Source of the DNA: Candidatus Aenigmatarchaeota archaeon
GTDB taxonomy: Archaea > EX4484-52
DNA length: 63,412 nt
Reading direction: 5' to 3'
Assembly (NCBI GenBank): GCA_023137195.1
Contig: JAGLPV010000044.1
Span: forward strand, 1 to 63,412
The notes under the pieces were generated by a model. That model was given only the letters and a program-made list of their open reading frames with translations. It searched no databases and was not told the origin of the DNA. Below, piece after piece: positions 39,711 through 50,103 of this stretch. Numbering within the stretch: the stretch's first letter is position 1; every line of letters starts with the position of its first letter. Position numbers and translations under genes: made by a program.

Positions 39711-40811
39711 TTATATTATTTCTATAGCATATTTTTTTTGAACCATAACCTGCATAATGCTGTCTGCTGCATTGTTTGAGGAGGGGATAATTACCACAGT
39801 ATCCCTGAACTCGCTTGGATAATCAGAGTCATTGAAAAAAGACAGATTAAGTTTTGTATCTTGAGTTATTTTTGAATTGTAAATGCTGTTTTCAAGAGAC
39901 GGCGTCATTTCTTTTGCGCCCCTGTATTGACTGTATTTTTTGTCGCAAAACAACTTATATGCTTTTAATTCTTTTTTTGAAAAGAGGGCAATAGCTATAT
40001 TTGGAAGGCTTTCCTGTATTTTTTCCCCGTTAAACGCAATCGCGCCAATTTGCTTTTCCTTTCTTTTTCCCATCAAATATGCAAACCGGTATGGTCCGCC
40101 AAGAAAAATATCTGTGCTCTTTATTGTAAAAAGATCAAGATGGGTTCCTTTTATATTTCTTTTATATTCTTTTCCTTCAGAATAGCACAACAAATCAGGT
40201 GTTTTGTTTGCGTGGAAAGCGGCTTTTTTGCTGATATCCCTCAATTCATCAACATGTTCAATATTTTCGCTAAAAATGCCTTTCTCATAAGCAACAAAGA
40301 GCTCTCCGGTAAAAAGGTTAAGTACAAGAGAATATTTAATCATGCGATTCTTTATCAATGTCAGTGAAGAAGTGCATGTCCTAAGTTCTGCTCTTTTGGC
40401 TTCTGAATCAAACAGAGCCCCCATACTTTCATATTCGGTGATGCCTTCATTTATCCTTTTTTCAAGATAAGCCGAGTTATCTATTGGATCGCTTATTATT
40501 AGCGGGCAATTGCTGTTTATTTTTCCTTCTCCTATTTTGCCTTGTTCTTCTGTAATTATAATTCCTTTTTGGTTATAAATATCCATGAACAATTTTTCAT
40601 GCCCGTAACATATTGCTTCTTCAACAACAGCATCAAAAAAGCGTGTATCTTTTTTCTCTTTTTTTATATAATGATTTCTTGCCGTTTTCTTCATTTCATC
40701 CAAGCCGGCTTTTGCTTTGTTAAGAGGAAGTTTTCTTAAAATATTATATGCAGAAGACATTACTCTGATAGAGCCATTGAGCATTTTTATGTCTTTATTA
40801 TTCAGATACAT
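39711..40811 (-). CDS. Divergent inositol-monophosphatase/FBPase (FIG) superfamily protein
   Basis: TEEQG and IISDPIDNS resemble the EE...DPIDGT metal motifs; rest divergent. Confidence 0.55.
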   Translation of the reverse strand: MYLNNKDIKMLNGSIRVMSSAYNILRKLPLNKAKAGLDEMKKTARNHYIKKEKKDTRFFDAVVEEAICYGHEKLFMDIYNQKGIIITEEQGKIGEGKINSNCPLIISDPIDNSAYLEKRINEGITEYESMGALFDSEAKRAELRTCTSSLTLIKNRMIKYSLVLNLFTGELFVAYEKGIFSENIEHVDELRDISKKAAFHANKTPDLLCYSEGKEYKRNIKGTHLDLFTIKSTDIFLGGPYRFAYLMGKRKEKQIGAIAFNGEKIQESLPNIAIALFSKKELKAYKLFCDKKYSQYRGAKEMTPSLENSIYNSKITQDTKLNLSFFNDSDYPSEFRDTVVIIPSSNNAADSIMQVMVQKKYAIEII

Positions 40812-40823
40812 CCTGATACACAA

Positions 40824-43013
40824 TTAGTCCCCGTTCTGGAACTCTCTTAATAGAGTTAACGCTTTTTCCTGGCATGTCCTGTAAGTCTCCATGGAAATCT
40901 TCTCTTTAAATTTAGGCGTCAAATTACCATTATATGCCGCTATGGTCGTTGCATACTCTGCACAGTTATTTTTGTCTTTGCCTGCGCTGTATCCTTTGAC
41001 TATAGCATCTGTTCCTGATTTTCTTATCTCTACAAATTTGTCTGTGAAATTAAAATAAGTTCCGTCACCGACGAAGAATATGTTTTTGAGATTATTAAAA
41101 TCCAGTTGCGGCAGGGCTTCTGAGAGTATCTCTCTTGCCTGCCCTATATTTATATCCCTGCTTTTCAGGCAAAGCGCTATGCTCAAAAAGAAATTGTCTG
41201 TCATGTCTCTTTTTCTTTCCCCTTCTGCCTTGGATTTTTTCAGCTCTTCCGGATCAGGATTGCTTTCATTGTAAAATCTTATATCTTTCCTTATGTCGTA
41301 TCTTTTTTCTATTTTATATTTGTCAAATATTTCTTCAAGATAATCTGAGAGCATTTTTTTGTCTTTGTATAACTTTGCCATCATTGCAGCAACTATTATT
41401 GACGCTTCGCCTGCGCTTTTTTCCCGCATAGCTATTGCAACTTGCCCCATCCTGCTTTTTATCAGTTCTTCAGGTCCTGTTATCATCCCGCCGCTTTCTT
41501 CTCCGGCAAAGAGCAGTCTTGGCTGTACCCCGAGATTGATTTGATTTGAAAATATATCTGTAATTATAACTTCCTCTTTCGGTGATTTAAGTATTTGCTT
41601 TTCTACTTTCTTCATTACATTTGCTATTTCCTTGAATCCTACAGGAACATAAATGACTTTTACATCCATCTTTTTTGCCCATTCAACCCATGATGCTGCA
41701 GAAGGCGTTGTTGTTATTATAAATCTTGGATGATTATCCCATAGGCCTTCTTTTTGGAGTCCGGATGCATGAAAGTCCAGGGTAAGTAAAAAGGACTGGT
41801 TAGGAGTATAAAAAGTAAATATTTTTTCATTACTGATTTTCAGGTAAGGAATTCCCAGCGCATTTATTTTCTTCTCTCTTTGCATGGGCTCTACCTGCCC
41901 GAGAACTATTCTGTCGCCGTCGGGGTCAACCATGATAATACTACTTCCCTGCGGTTTGTCTTTTAGGAGTTCTTCATATCCTAATGTCTGAGTAACTTCT
42001 TTTATCGTTGTATCGCACCCATAATCAAAAAACTCCTTTTTCCCGCTCAAAGGATTGTGCATGACTTTTCCAATGCCGTGGTAAAAAGGATCTTCTTCTG
42101 CATTATTCCAGAGAAAGACTTTTTCAATACCGAACTTCTCGAATATAGGGAGCATAATATTATGCATGCAGCCGCCGACACATTCGTAAATTATTTCAAA
42201 TCCGTTGTTCATCTCTTTTTTAATCAAATCCAGGTTTGCCTGTGTAGCTATTCCTTTTTTGAGGTAATCTACATACATATCTATCCCGTCAAAATCTTCC
42301 AAAATCAGCGAAGAGTCAGATGCAGACAATTCAATATCAAAGCCCTCTTTCTCTGCTTTTTCTATAATGTCCTCGATTTTTTTTACAAACTTTGCAGACA
42401 TTTCCGGCACAAACTGGCTTCCCTGACCGTCTAAATCTTTTGTCGCTGTCTTGCTGCTCATCGCATGGCTGCTCGTCACATATTCCCCGCCATCATAGTC
42501 CAGCATAAATATCAAAAATGAAGTCATCCAGATGGATGTCCGCATTTGGTTGAAAGGAATGTGCGTTTTTATTCCCTGTGCTGCCTGTATTCTTTTTATG
42601 ATGTCAATATACTCATCTGTGTTGTACCTGACTTCGCCTGAACAAATTTTGTTTATCTGCCTGTTTGTTATATGCTCTTTTAAGACCATGGCTTTTCCGA
42701 GTGTGGCCAGTGCTATGCCTAATTGATTTAGTGGGTACCTACTATCCCAGGGATAGAGAATATTTTGAGCCCCTCTTATCCCGGCGGTTGATACAAGAGC
42801 TTCTTTTTTGTAATTTTTAAACCATTCCTTTAATCTCCATTTTTTGATTTCATCTTTTGCAATATGGATTTTAAATGAGCCATGATTGTCTAAATCAAAT
42901 ATCCTGTCTTTCTTTATTTGCTCAGGAGTATGAGCGTCAATTTGCTTAAAATATTCTCTCTTAAGGGCATCTATTTCTTTGCCCTTGAAATCTTCTGATT
43001 TTGTAGCAATCAT
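40824..43013 (-). CDS. Long alpha-D-phosphohexomutase (PGM/PMM-like)
   Basis: STAGIRG, phosphoserine loop VTSSH, DPDGDR metal loop, VGFK, GEESGG, RKSGT. Confidence 0.85.
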   Translation of the reverse strand: MIATKSEDFKGKEIDALKREYFKQIDAHTPEQIKKDRIFDLDNHGSFKIHIAKDEIKKWRLKEWFKNYKKEALVSTAGIRGAQNILYPWDSRYPLNQLGIALATLGKAMVLKEHITNRQINKICSGEVRYNTDEYIDIIKRIQAAQGIKTHIPFNQMRTSIWMTSFLIFMLDYDGGEYVTSSHAMSSKTATKDLDGQGSQFVPEMSAKFVKKIEDIIEKAEKEGFDIELSASDSSLILEDFDGIDMYVDYLKKGIATQANLDLIKKEMNNGFEIIYECVGGCMHNIMLPIFEKFGIEKVFLWNNAEEDPFYHGIGKVMHNPLSGKKEFFDYGCDTTIKEVTQTLGYEELLKDKPQGSSIIMVDPDGDRIVLGQVEPMQREKKINALGIPYLKISNEKIFTFYTPNQSFLLTLDFHASGLQKEGLWDNHPRFIITTTPSAASWVEWAKKMDVKVIYVPVGFKEIANVMKKVEKQILKSPKEEVIITDIFSNQINLGVQPRLLFAGEESGGMITGPEELIKSRMGQVAIAMREKSAGEASIIVAAMMAKLYKDKKMLSDYLEEIFDKYKIEKRYDIRKDIRFYNESNPDPEELKKSKAEGERKRDMTDNFFLSIALCLKSRDINIGQAREILSEALPQLDFNNLKNIFFVGDGTYFNFTDKFVEIRKSGTDAIVKGYSAGKDKNNCAEYATTIAAYNGNLTPKFKEKISMETYRTCQEKALTLLREFQNGD

Positions 43014-43274
43014 ATTATCTTATATGTATGTTGTATTTTTAACTTTATTTGCAGCATTATGAACTTATTTCTATGTCCTGAATAAATATTTCCTTCTCAT
43101 CCAGTCCCACAAAGCAATTATCAAAATCCATATCTCTCTCTGCCATAAAATGTTATGAATAAAATCAAAATACTTTATTCTATAGAATAATGAACAAAAG
43201 CAAATGTTGTTGTAAGTCAGATAACGTTTGCAAAAAATATTATTGCACTGCCAATCAACATCGCCCTGAATTTT

Positions 43275-43871
43275 TTATTGAACTTCAATCTTTCTTACAA
43301 TCATTTCCCTGCATGGGTATGTTTTCTTCAGGTGTTTGACTGTATCTGCCTGTAGTTTTCCTGTATTTACCATGGGTAAAAATGCTTCTATTGTCTTGCT
43401 TGAAGCTGCTGTTTTTTCCAGTTCTTTTTTTATTTCAGCCCTTAGAGCGTGTTTAATTGCTGATGAAACCCGGTTTGCTGTAAGCACAATTGTTTTTACC
43501 CTTATTTTTGCATTATCAAGAGTCAAGGTTTCGATGTTGTCTATTCTTGAAAAACCTCTTCTTACTGCCATTATTATCTGATTTTTGTTGACTTCCTGTC
43601 CCATGTATTCTGTCATGCAGATATTTCCTTCAGTTATTTGGTTTAATTTTAATTTTAGGTTTATATTGTGGTCTCTTACATTTTTGGTTAGAGTACCTAA
43701 AGATATTAATAGGGTTCTTCCCAATGGGCTTTTGTTTTTCATGCAAACTGTATGCCCTATTATTTCATTACCTAAAAAAGCCGGTGGCTTTATGGGAATC
43801 CATTTTTTTTTTAGCCAGGTATCTTTAAATTTTCCATCTGTTTTTTTTTTAATCATTGCTATTGTTATCAC
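43275..43871 (-). CDS. rps3ae: 30S ribosomal protein S3Ae (eS1)
   Basis: KDTWLKKKW..IKPP.F, GRTL...L..LT, VRRG.SRID, KKTYPCR...VRKIEV. Confidence 0.85.
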   Translation of the reverse strand: MITIAMIKKKTDGKFKDTWLKKKWIPIKPPAFLGNEIIGHTVCMKNKSPLGRTLLISLGTLTKNVRDHNINLKLKLNQITEGNICMTEYMGQEVNKNQIIMAVRRGFSRIDNIETLTLDNAKIRVKTIVLTANRVSSAIKHALRAEIKKELEKTAASSKTIEAFLPMVNTGKLQADTVKHLKKTYPCREMIVRKIEVQ

Positions 43872-43963
43872 CGTTGGTCTTGTATTTTTGTATTTAACTA
43901 ATTAAGAATAATTAACTACTTTTTTAAATCTTTGTGTTATCAGCTATTAACGAGTTAAACAGG

Positions 43964-44527
43964 TTGATTAAACTGGCAAAGAAAAAAGAAGTAGCAAAGG
44001 AGACAAAAAAGACAGGAGTAAAGAAAACAAAGAAAGTAGAGCAGACAGTTTCGCATTATCAATTGGGTGGCGTAAAAGGATCCAGAGCTGTTGCTTTTGA
44101 GTCAATTGTCCGTATTTTAAGAACAACATTAGATGGATCAAAGCCGGTTAAAATGGCATTGATTGGAATAAAAGGGATTGGTTATAATTTATCTGTCGCA
44201 ATATGCAGGACAGTCGACATTGATGAAAATAAGATTTTAAAAGAGTTGTCTGAAGAAGATATTAAAAAAATAGAAGATGTTGTAGAGAATGCAGATAAGC
44301 ACATGCCTGCATGGATGTTGAACAGACAGAAAGATTATGAAACCGGAGAGACAACACATATTTTTGGTCCCCAGATGACAATAAAATTAAGAGATGATAT
44401 TTCAAGATTAAGAAAGATTAGGGCTTATCGAGGAATAAGACATGAATTAGGTCTTCCTACGAGAGGTCAGAGAACAAAGAACTCCTTTAGAAAACATAGT
44501 GTTGTTGGAGTTGCTAAGAAAAAGTAA
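43964..44527 (+). CDS. rps13: 30S ribosomal protein S13 (start uncertain)
   Basis: IKGIG, PAWMLNRQKD, YRGIRHELGLPTRGQRTK. Confidence 0.93.
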   Translation: MIKLAKKKEVAKETKKTGVKKTKKVEQTVSHYQLGGVKGSRAVAFESIVRILRTTLDGSKPVKMALIGIKGIGYNLSVAICRTVDIDENKILKELSEEDIKKIEDVVENADKHMPAWMLNRQKDYETGETTHIFGPQMTIKLRDDISRLRKIRAYRGIRHELGLPTRGQRTKNSFRKHSVVGVAKKK

Positions 44528-44539
44528 ATGAGTGATTAA

Positions 44540-45199
44540 ATGGGAGATTCAAGAAAATTAAAAAATCATTTTTCGTCTGTAAGGAGACCTTATGATGTGG
44601 CAATGCTTGAAGAAGAAAGAGAATTGAAAAAAAAATACGGCATAAGGAGAAAAAGTGAACTCAGGAGAATGGAGTATATTTGGAAAAATATAAGGCAAAG
44701 GGCAAGAAGGCTTATTGCAGAGAAAGACAAGGCAAAAACAGAGCTTCTATTTAACAAAGTTGATAGTCTGGGTCTGTGCCCGGGCGAAAAATCGCTTGAA
44801 AATATACTTGGAATGAAACTGGTAGATGTACTGGACAGGAGATTTCAGAATGTATTATGCCGATTGAATCTTGCAAATACACCTATGCAGGCAAGACAAT
44901 TTATAGTGCATAAGCATGTAAAGATTAACGGGACGATTATATTCTCTCCTAATTATATTGTGAAGAAAGAGGAAGAAAACAATATTGTTGTGGATGAAAA
45001 ACTAACAAGAGGAGATGCTACTATTGATTCGTCAGCTAAGCCCGTCGAAAAAAAAGAGGTTGCTGTAGAAGAGAAAAAAGAAGAGGCAAAAGAAAAAACC
45101 GGCGAAAAGAAAGAGGAAGTTAAAGAAGAGCAAAAGATAGAGAAAAAGGATGAATCGGCAGAGAAGGAAGGAAAAACAGTAAAAGAGGAATCAAAATGA
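44540..45199 (+). CDS. rps4: 30S ribosomal protein S4, with Lys/Glu-rich tail
   Basis: [28 protein letters not shown]. Confidence 0.92.
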   Translation: MGDSRKLKNHFSSVRRPYDVAMLEEERELKKKYGIRRKSELRRMEYIWKNIRQRARRLIAEKDKAKTELLFNKVDSLGLCPGEKSLENILGMKLVDVLDRRFQNVLCRLNLANTPMQARQFIVHKHVKINGTIIFSPNYIVKKEEENNIVVDEKLTRGDATIDSSAKPVEKKEVAVEEKKEEAKEKTGEKKEEVKEEQKIEKKDESAEKEGKTVKEESK

Positions 45200-45594
45200 G
45201 CGAAACAAATGATGAAAAAACAGGCATTATATATTTATTCAGTAGTGGAAATAACACTATTATTCATATTACCGACATTACGGGAGCTGAGACAATAGCC
45301 CGTTGCAGTGCAGGGTTGGTTACAGATAAAAGCAGGTTAAAAGGTTCTCCATACCCGGCTATGAAAGTTGCAAAAATTGTTGCTCAAAAAGCACTTGAAA
45401 AAGGAGTAAGAAAGATGTATCTGAAGGTTAGGGCACCAGGAGGAATAAAATCAAAAATCCCGGGAAAAGGAGCTCAACCAGCAATAAGAGCATTGATACA
45501 AGCAGGATTAAGAATCATCCGGATAGAGGATGTGACCCCTATTGATTACGACAGTATGAGAAAGAAAGGCGGTCGAAAGGGAAGGAGAGTATAA
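45196..45594 (+). CDS. rps11: 30S ribosomal protein S11
   Basis: [37 protein letters not shown]. Confidence 0.95.
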   Translation: MSETNDEKTGIIYLFSSGNNTIIHITDITGAETIARCSAGLVTDKSRLKGSPYPAMKVAKIVAQKALEKGVRKMYLKVRAPGGIKSKIPGKGAQPAIRALIQAGLRIIRIEDVTPIDYDSMRKKGGRKGRRV

Positions 45595-45596
45595 TT

Positions 45597-45791
45597 ATGG
45601 CAGATACAGTTCCCTCAGAAGTATTGGAAGTATTAGAGCATGCGGAGACAAAAGGAGTTACAAAAGTGAAATGCATAATACTTGAAGGAGAAAATAAAAA
45701 CAAGGTGCTTGTACGAAATGTAGTTGGTCCTATCAGGAAAAAAGACATCATAATACTTCCAAAGATTGATGTTGAATCAGGAAGGAGATAA
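45597..45791 (+). CDS. rps28e: 30S ribosomal protein S28e
   Basis: VKCIILEGENKNKVLVRNVVGPIR..DI; adjacent to L24e. Confidence 0.85.
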   Translation: MADTVPSEVLEVLEHAETKGVTKVKCIILEGENKNKVLVRNVVGPIRKKDIIILPKIDVESGRR

Positions 45792-45803
45792 AGGTGAATA
45801 GTT

Positions 45804-45995
45804 ATGAAGTGTAATTTTTGTTCAAAAGAATTCAAAAACAAGGGTCATTTGTTTGTAAAAAATGACGGGTCAAAATATTTTTATTGCAGTTCGAAGTGCA
45901 TGAGAAATGCAAAGATTAGAAATCCTCGGAAAACGAGATGGACCGGGACTGCGATTGAAGCTAAAAAGCAAAGGTTGGAGCAGATTAAGAAGTAG
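45804..45995 (+). CDS. rpl24e: 50S ribosomal protein L24e
   Basis: CNFC...FVKNDG...YCSSKC...RNPRKTRWT. Confidence 0.93.
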   Translation: MKCNFCSKEFKNKGHLFVKNDGSKYFYCSSKCMRNAKIRNPRKTRWTGTAIEAKKQRLEQIKK

Positions 45996-46051
45996 TAATT
46001 GTTAGACGAAATGCTCACTAAAAAGGGTAAAAGAATAACAGAAAACGAAAA

Positions 46052-46456
46052 ATGGTAACTAAAAACCATAAAAAGAAAAGTCCGAAACTAAAACCCATCG
46101 GTAGAGGTAAGAAGCGAGTGCGGATAATTCGAAAAGATGGAGTGGAGCAGAGCTATCAGGTCGGGGGGAAGAAACTAAAGAAAAGAACAATCTTAGGTAC
46201 GTGCCCACTTTGCAAAGAGCCAGTATATTTAAGACATAAAATTAAAAGAGATTTCTTTAGAAATATTAAAAAAATACCCCTATGGACAGAAATAGCTTAC
46301 AAGTATTATCATATCGAGTGTGGAGAATTAAAGAAAAGAGGTATACATACTCTTACAAATACTGAATCGGGTATTGAAGCTAAAGCATCTATTCCATATA
46401 TAAAAGGATTAAAGGCAAAAGTATACTCAAGGAAGAGAGGATGCTCATATAGATAA
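46052..46456 (+). CDS. Hypothetical very basic protein with possible Zn site
   Basis: 134 aa, Lys/Arg rich, CPLC...HIEC. Confidence 0.6.
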   Translation: MVTKNHKKKSPKLKPIGRGKKRVRIIRKDGVEQSYQVGGKKLKKRTILGTCPLCKEPVYLRHKIKRDFFRNIKKIPLWTEIAYKYYHIECGELKKRGIHTLTNTESGIEAKASIPYIKGLKAKVYSRKRGCSYR

Positions 46457-46482
46457 AAAGATATCTGAGGATTATACGAGTA

Positions 46483-47499
46483 TCAAACCCTACTCTTCCT
46501 AATTTTAAGAGGGTATTTTTTCATTTGTTTTAATGCTTCATCCCATGTCAAAAGAATGTCTTTTGCACCGTAATTTTGTATTACTGATTCTGAATTTATT
46601 GTTGCCATGTGGAGTGCGAAATCAAGAGGCTTGTTGTTGGCGATTGCCGCAACCAAAGTTGATGCAAATGCATCTCCTGCGCCTGTTCGTTCCAGTGCTT
46701 TTATTTGGGCATGGGGCTCAAATTCATACAATATATTTCCATCATAAGTATATGTTGTGTGTTTGCCATCTGTTATGCAGACGATATCAGGACCCATATG
46801 CCTTATTTTTTTCATTAAATCAATCATATTTTTTCTTGAGTTCTTATCGTAAAATTTCCCGGCTTTTTCCGGGTTCTCTTTAGAATCAATGCCTAAGACA
46901 AGTCCTATTGCTTCTTCTTTATTAAATATGAGCATCTTTGTGTTCTTTATTATTCTGCCCAGTTCATTGCGGTGTTCTTTTATCTGGTAAAAACTTGGGT
47001 TAAAGGCAAGGTTTATGTTGTTCTTTTTTGCAAAATCACTTAGTTTAATCTGGGTCTTGAAAGCATGACCCATCATCGAGCAGAAATAAAACCATCTTGT
47101 CTTGAGTTTGGTCAAATCTATGTCTTTGGTTGTCATTTTGTTGTTTGCTCCTTTGTAGGTCAGGATTGTTCTGTTGTGTTCTTTTGTGTCAAGAATAATA
47201 GAGTAATCATTCATGTCATCTGTTATCTTGCCTACAAATTTTATTTTTTCTTTTTTGAGCAGGTCGATGATGTCTTTTTTGAAATGGTCTCCTATGTTTC
47301 CGAGGTATGCTGTTTTTAGTCCCAGTCTTGCAAAGGATACTGCTGTGTTTGTTCCTCCTCCACCAATGAAGAACTGGAGGTTTTCTACTGTCAGTTTTGC
47401 GCCGACAGGATAGGATATTCTATTTTCCCGCTCGGCAATGTTGGTGTCCACAAATGTGTCTATTGTTGCAGAGCCCATTGTTATTATGTCGTATTTCAT
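46483..47499 (-). CDS. PfkB family carbohydrate kinase
   Basis: GGGGTNTAVSFARLG, NKEEA, ERTGAGDAF. Confidence 0.92.
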   Translation of the reverse strand: MKYDIITMGSATIDTFVDTNIAERENRISYPVGAKLTVENLQFFIGGGGTNTAVSFARLGLKTAYLGNIGDHFKKDIIDLLKKEKIKFVGKITDDMNDYSIILDTKEHNRTILTYKGANNKMTTKDIDLTKLKTRWFYFCSMMGHAFKTQIKLSDFAKKNNINLAFNPSFYQIKEHRNELGRIIKNTKMLIFNKEEAIGLVLGIDSKENPEKAGKFYDKNSRKNMIDLMKKIRHMGPDIVCITDGKHTTYTYDGNILYEFEPHAQIKALERTGAGDAFASTLVAAIANNKPLDFALHMATINSESVIQNYGAKDILLTWDEALKQMKKYPLKIRKSRV

Positions 47500-47500
47500 A

Positions 47501-48700
47501 TTATTTTTTTAATTTATTTACTTTTGGCGCATTTTTTAATGCCTCTAAGCCAGGAAGCTTCTTTTTTGATAGGTAATTGAGCATTGCTCCGCCGGACAGG
47601 CAAATATGGCTGAATCCTTTTATTTTGAATTTCAGTATTGCATCAGATGTGTGTCCGCCCCCGACAAAGGAATATGCTTTAGATGCGGCAATTGCATTTA
47701 ATATGGATAAAGTTCCTTTTTGGAAATTCTTGTCTTCAAAACTTCCAGGGGTTCCTTTCAGGAAAATTGTCTTTGCATTTTTGATTATTTTTACATAATT
47801 CTCTATTGTTTCCTGTCCGATATCGAATATTTCATATGTGCTTGGAAATTGATTTAGTTTTAGTTCGAGGCGTTTGTTGTTGTTTTTTACTGCAAAGTCT
47901 ACCGGTGTTTTCATGTTGTGTTTTTTTATCATTTGCCTTAATTTTTTGTTTGGAGTCAAACCCCTGTTTTTCAGGTATTCTGACTGCGCCCCGAAGTCAA
48001 ACCCCTGCGAGGTCAGGCAGTTCTGTCCAAATAAGCCACAGCAAAGAGTGTGGTCAACGTCGTTTCTTGAGGCAATAAGGTTCATTGGTTCTTCTGGTTT
48101 TGCTCCGCCGAAGATAAATACAGCAGGGTGCTCTATTTTGTCGAATTTTGAGAGGGCGGTTAATTCTTTGTTCAGCAATGGTCCGGCATAGGAAGGGAGT
48201 ACTTTTGGAAATTCTGCCATTGAAGTGTGCGCCCGGTGGCAGTTTGAGAATGCGTCATTTACGTATATGTCTGCTAAGGGAGCCAGAGACATTACAATCC
48301 GGTTTTGTTTGATGTCTTTTGGCGGCTTTTTTTCTTCATCAAAAAATCTTAAATTTTCCAATAGAATTGCCTGTCCTGGTTTTAATTTTATGATTGCTTC
48401 TTTTGCAATTTTTCCAATAATATCAGGAATGTATTTTATTGATGTGTGTTTGCTTATCAAATCAGCATGCTCTTTTAAATTGGTAAAGTCTTCGCCGCCT
48501 TTCCTTCCCTGGTGGGCTAGCACAACAAGCTTTGCTTTTTTTTGCTTTAGGGTTTTTATTGTCTTGATGTGCTCTAAAATTCTTTTTGAGAGTTCTACTT
48601 TGCCTTCTGAAATTGGGCTGTTTAAGTCAACCCTCAGTAGAACAACCTTGTTTTTTAAATCAATATTTTTATAGCTTGGGTGTGGAGAAGTTTTTATCAT
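47501..48700 (-). CDS. pgk: Phosphoglycerate kinase
   Basis: RVDLNSP, AHQGR, LLENLRF, NDAF...HRAH, GGAK, SGGA. Confidence 0.95.
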   Translation of the reverse strand: MIKTSPHPSYKNIDLKNKVVLLRVDLNSPISEGKVELSKRILEHIKTIKTLKQKKAKLVVLAHQGRKGGEDFTNLKEHADLISKHTSIKYIPDIIGKIAKEAIIKLKPGQAILLENLRFFDEEKKPPKDIKQNRIVMSLAPLADIYVNDAFSNCHRAHTSMAEFPKVLPSYAGPLLNKELTALSKFDKIEHPAVFIFGGAKPEEPMNLIASRNDVDHTLCCGLFGQNCLTSQGFDFGAQSEYLKNRGLTPNKKLRQMIKKHNMKTPVDFAVKNNNKRLELKLNQFPSTYEIFDIGQETIENYVKIIKNAKTIFLKGTPGSFEDKNFQKGTLSILNAIAASKAYSFVGGGHTSDAILKFKIKGFSHICLSGGAMLNYLSKKKLPGLEALKNAPKVNKLKK

Positions 48701-48731
48701 ATCATTAAATATACAATTAATGTTTATATAT

Positions 48732-49730
48732 TTATTTTATTTTTCTCTTCATTTTTAGTAGGCTTAAGAACATCAATCCCATCGATAAGAATATTGTCGG
48801 AACTTCAGGGATTGCTGTTAAGGGGAGTAGATCTTTGTTGTTTCCCACGGGAAGATTATGAGGAGTGTCTCCAAATCCATCGCCATCTGAGTCAGCACCA
48901 TTGTAGTCTGAAAAATAATTTCCTCCTATGTATAATCCGCCAACTATGTTTGGTCCTGTTGAATTTGTTGTGTTCCAGAAATTGTTGCATATATCTACGG
49001 CATTGTTTGTATTGTTCAGGCGATTGTTGTAGATGAGATTGTTGTAGGCGTTGGATGTAGTTATACCTGCCAAGTTATTTGAATTTATGGTGTTTCCCAT
49101 AATTGTATTTTTGTCGGAGTAAGATATATAGAGTCCTATTTTTTTGTTATCCTTAATTGTATTGTGATTAATAGTATTGTTATTGGAGTAATACATATAT
49201 ATCCCTTGGAATTCATTTGAATTTGCATTGTTATTTTCGATTATATTTGTATCTGCATCATGTAGGAGTATTCCGCCAAGATAGTTGTTTTCGTTTGCAA
49301 TGTTGTTTTTTATTGTGTTGTTTTCTGCTAAATGCAAGTATATGCCACCCTTCCTATTGGAGTTTGCGGTGTTGTCTGTGATAACGTTGTTATTTGCATA
49401 TTTTAGATAAATTCCATAATCCCAGTTCGTGGAAACACAGTTCTTTATTATGACATTTGTGTTTGTTGAAGAACTTCTTTTTACCTGGATTCCATAAGTA
49501 TTTTGTGTTAAAATGCCGTCAATTGTGTGTCCCCGGCAGTCAAGAACGACGTTGTTTGCTGTAATATCCAGGCATATTGTATTGCCTGAATTTATTATGT
49601 CAGCAGTCAAATAATAAGTTCCTTGGGAATTTATCGTTGTGCACGAAGAAATTGGTGTGGCTGCACTTACCATCTGCAAGAGCATAAAATTAATTATTAA
49701 AACTGTTAGGACAAATATTGTTTTTTTCAT
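48732..49730 (-). CDS. Secreted right-handed beta-helix (NosD/CASH) protein with PEV-type C-terminal sorting tail
   Basis: Signal peptide, GI.L....NN.I..N repeats, GGNYFSDY.G.D.DGDGFGD, IPEVPT plus TM plus basic tail. Confidence 0.85.
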   Translation of the reverse strand: MKKTIFVLTVLIINFMLLQMVSAATPISSCTTINSQGTYYLTADIINSGNTICLDITANNVVLDCRGHTIDGILTQNTYGIQVKRSSSTNTNVIIKNCVSTNWDYGIYLKYANNNVITDNTANSNRKGGIYLHLAENNTIKNNIANENNYLGGILLHDADTNIIENNNANSNEFQGIYMYYSNNNTINHNTIKDNKKIGLYISYSDKNTIMGNTINSNNLAGITTSNAYNNLIYNNRLNNTNNAVDICNNFWNTTNSTGPNIVGGLYIGGNYFSDYNGADSDGDGFGDTPHNLPVGNNKDLLPLTAIPEVPTIFLSMGLMFLSLLKMKRKIK

Positions 49731-50103
49731 TTTATTCACCTTATATTTTGGATATAAAACTAAAAATTCCGCACATGAATTCGCAGGATTTTATCGCAAA
49801 TATCACTAATTGTTACTATTGTATAGTGGTAACTTATATAAAGATTTCTTATTTAGTAATAAAATAAATTAGTCTTTTTTTTATTGCATACAAAGTATGC
49901 ACATGTTGTATAATATATATTTTTGTATGCATTAAAAGCAGTATGTTAGTTCTTAAATTAGGGATATATGGTTTGTGGATGTAAAATTTAGAAAAATAGC
50001 AGTTGGGAGATATTTAAGAAAAATAAGAAAAAGTTTTCACGAAGGTGTCTGACTTGTATGTAAATATAGTTTGTGCCCATAGAGGGGCGACAAACAGGAT
50101 TGT

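Noticed and set aside
43057-43146. 29-aa minus-strand ORF (MAERDMDFDNCFVGLDEKEIFIQDIEISS) upstream of the mutase
   Set aside because: It could be a gene remnant but is too short and has no recognisable motif.
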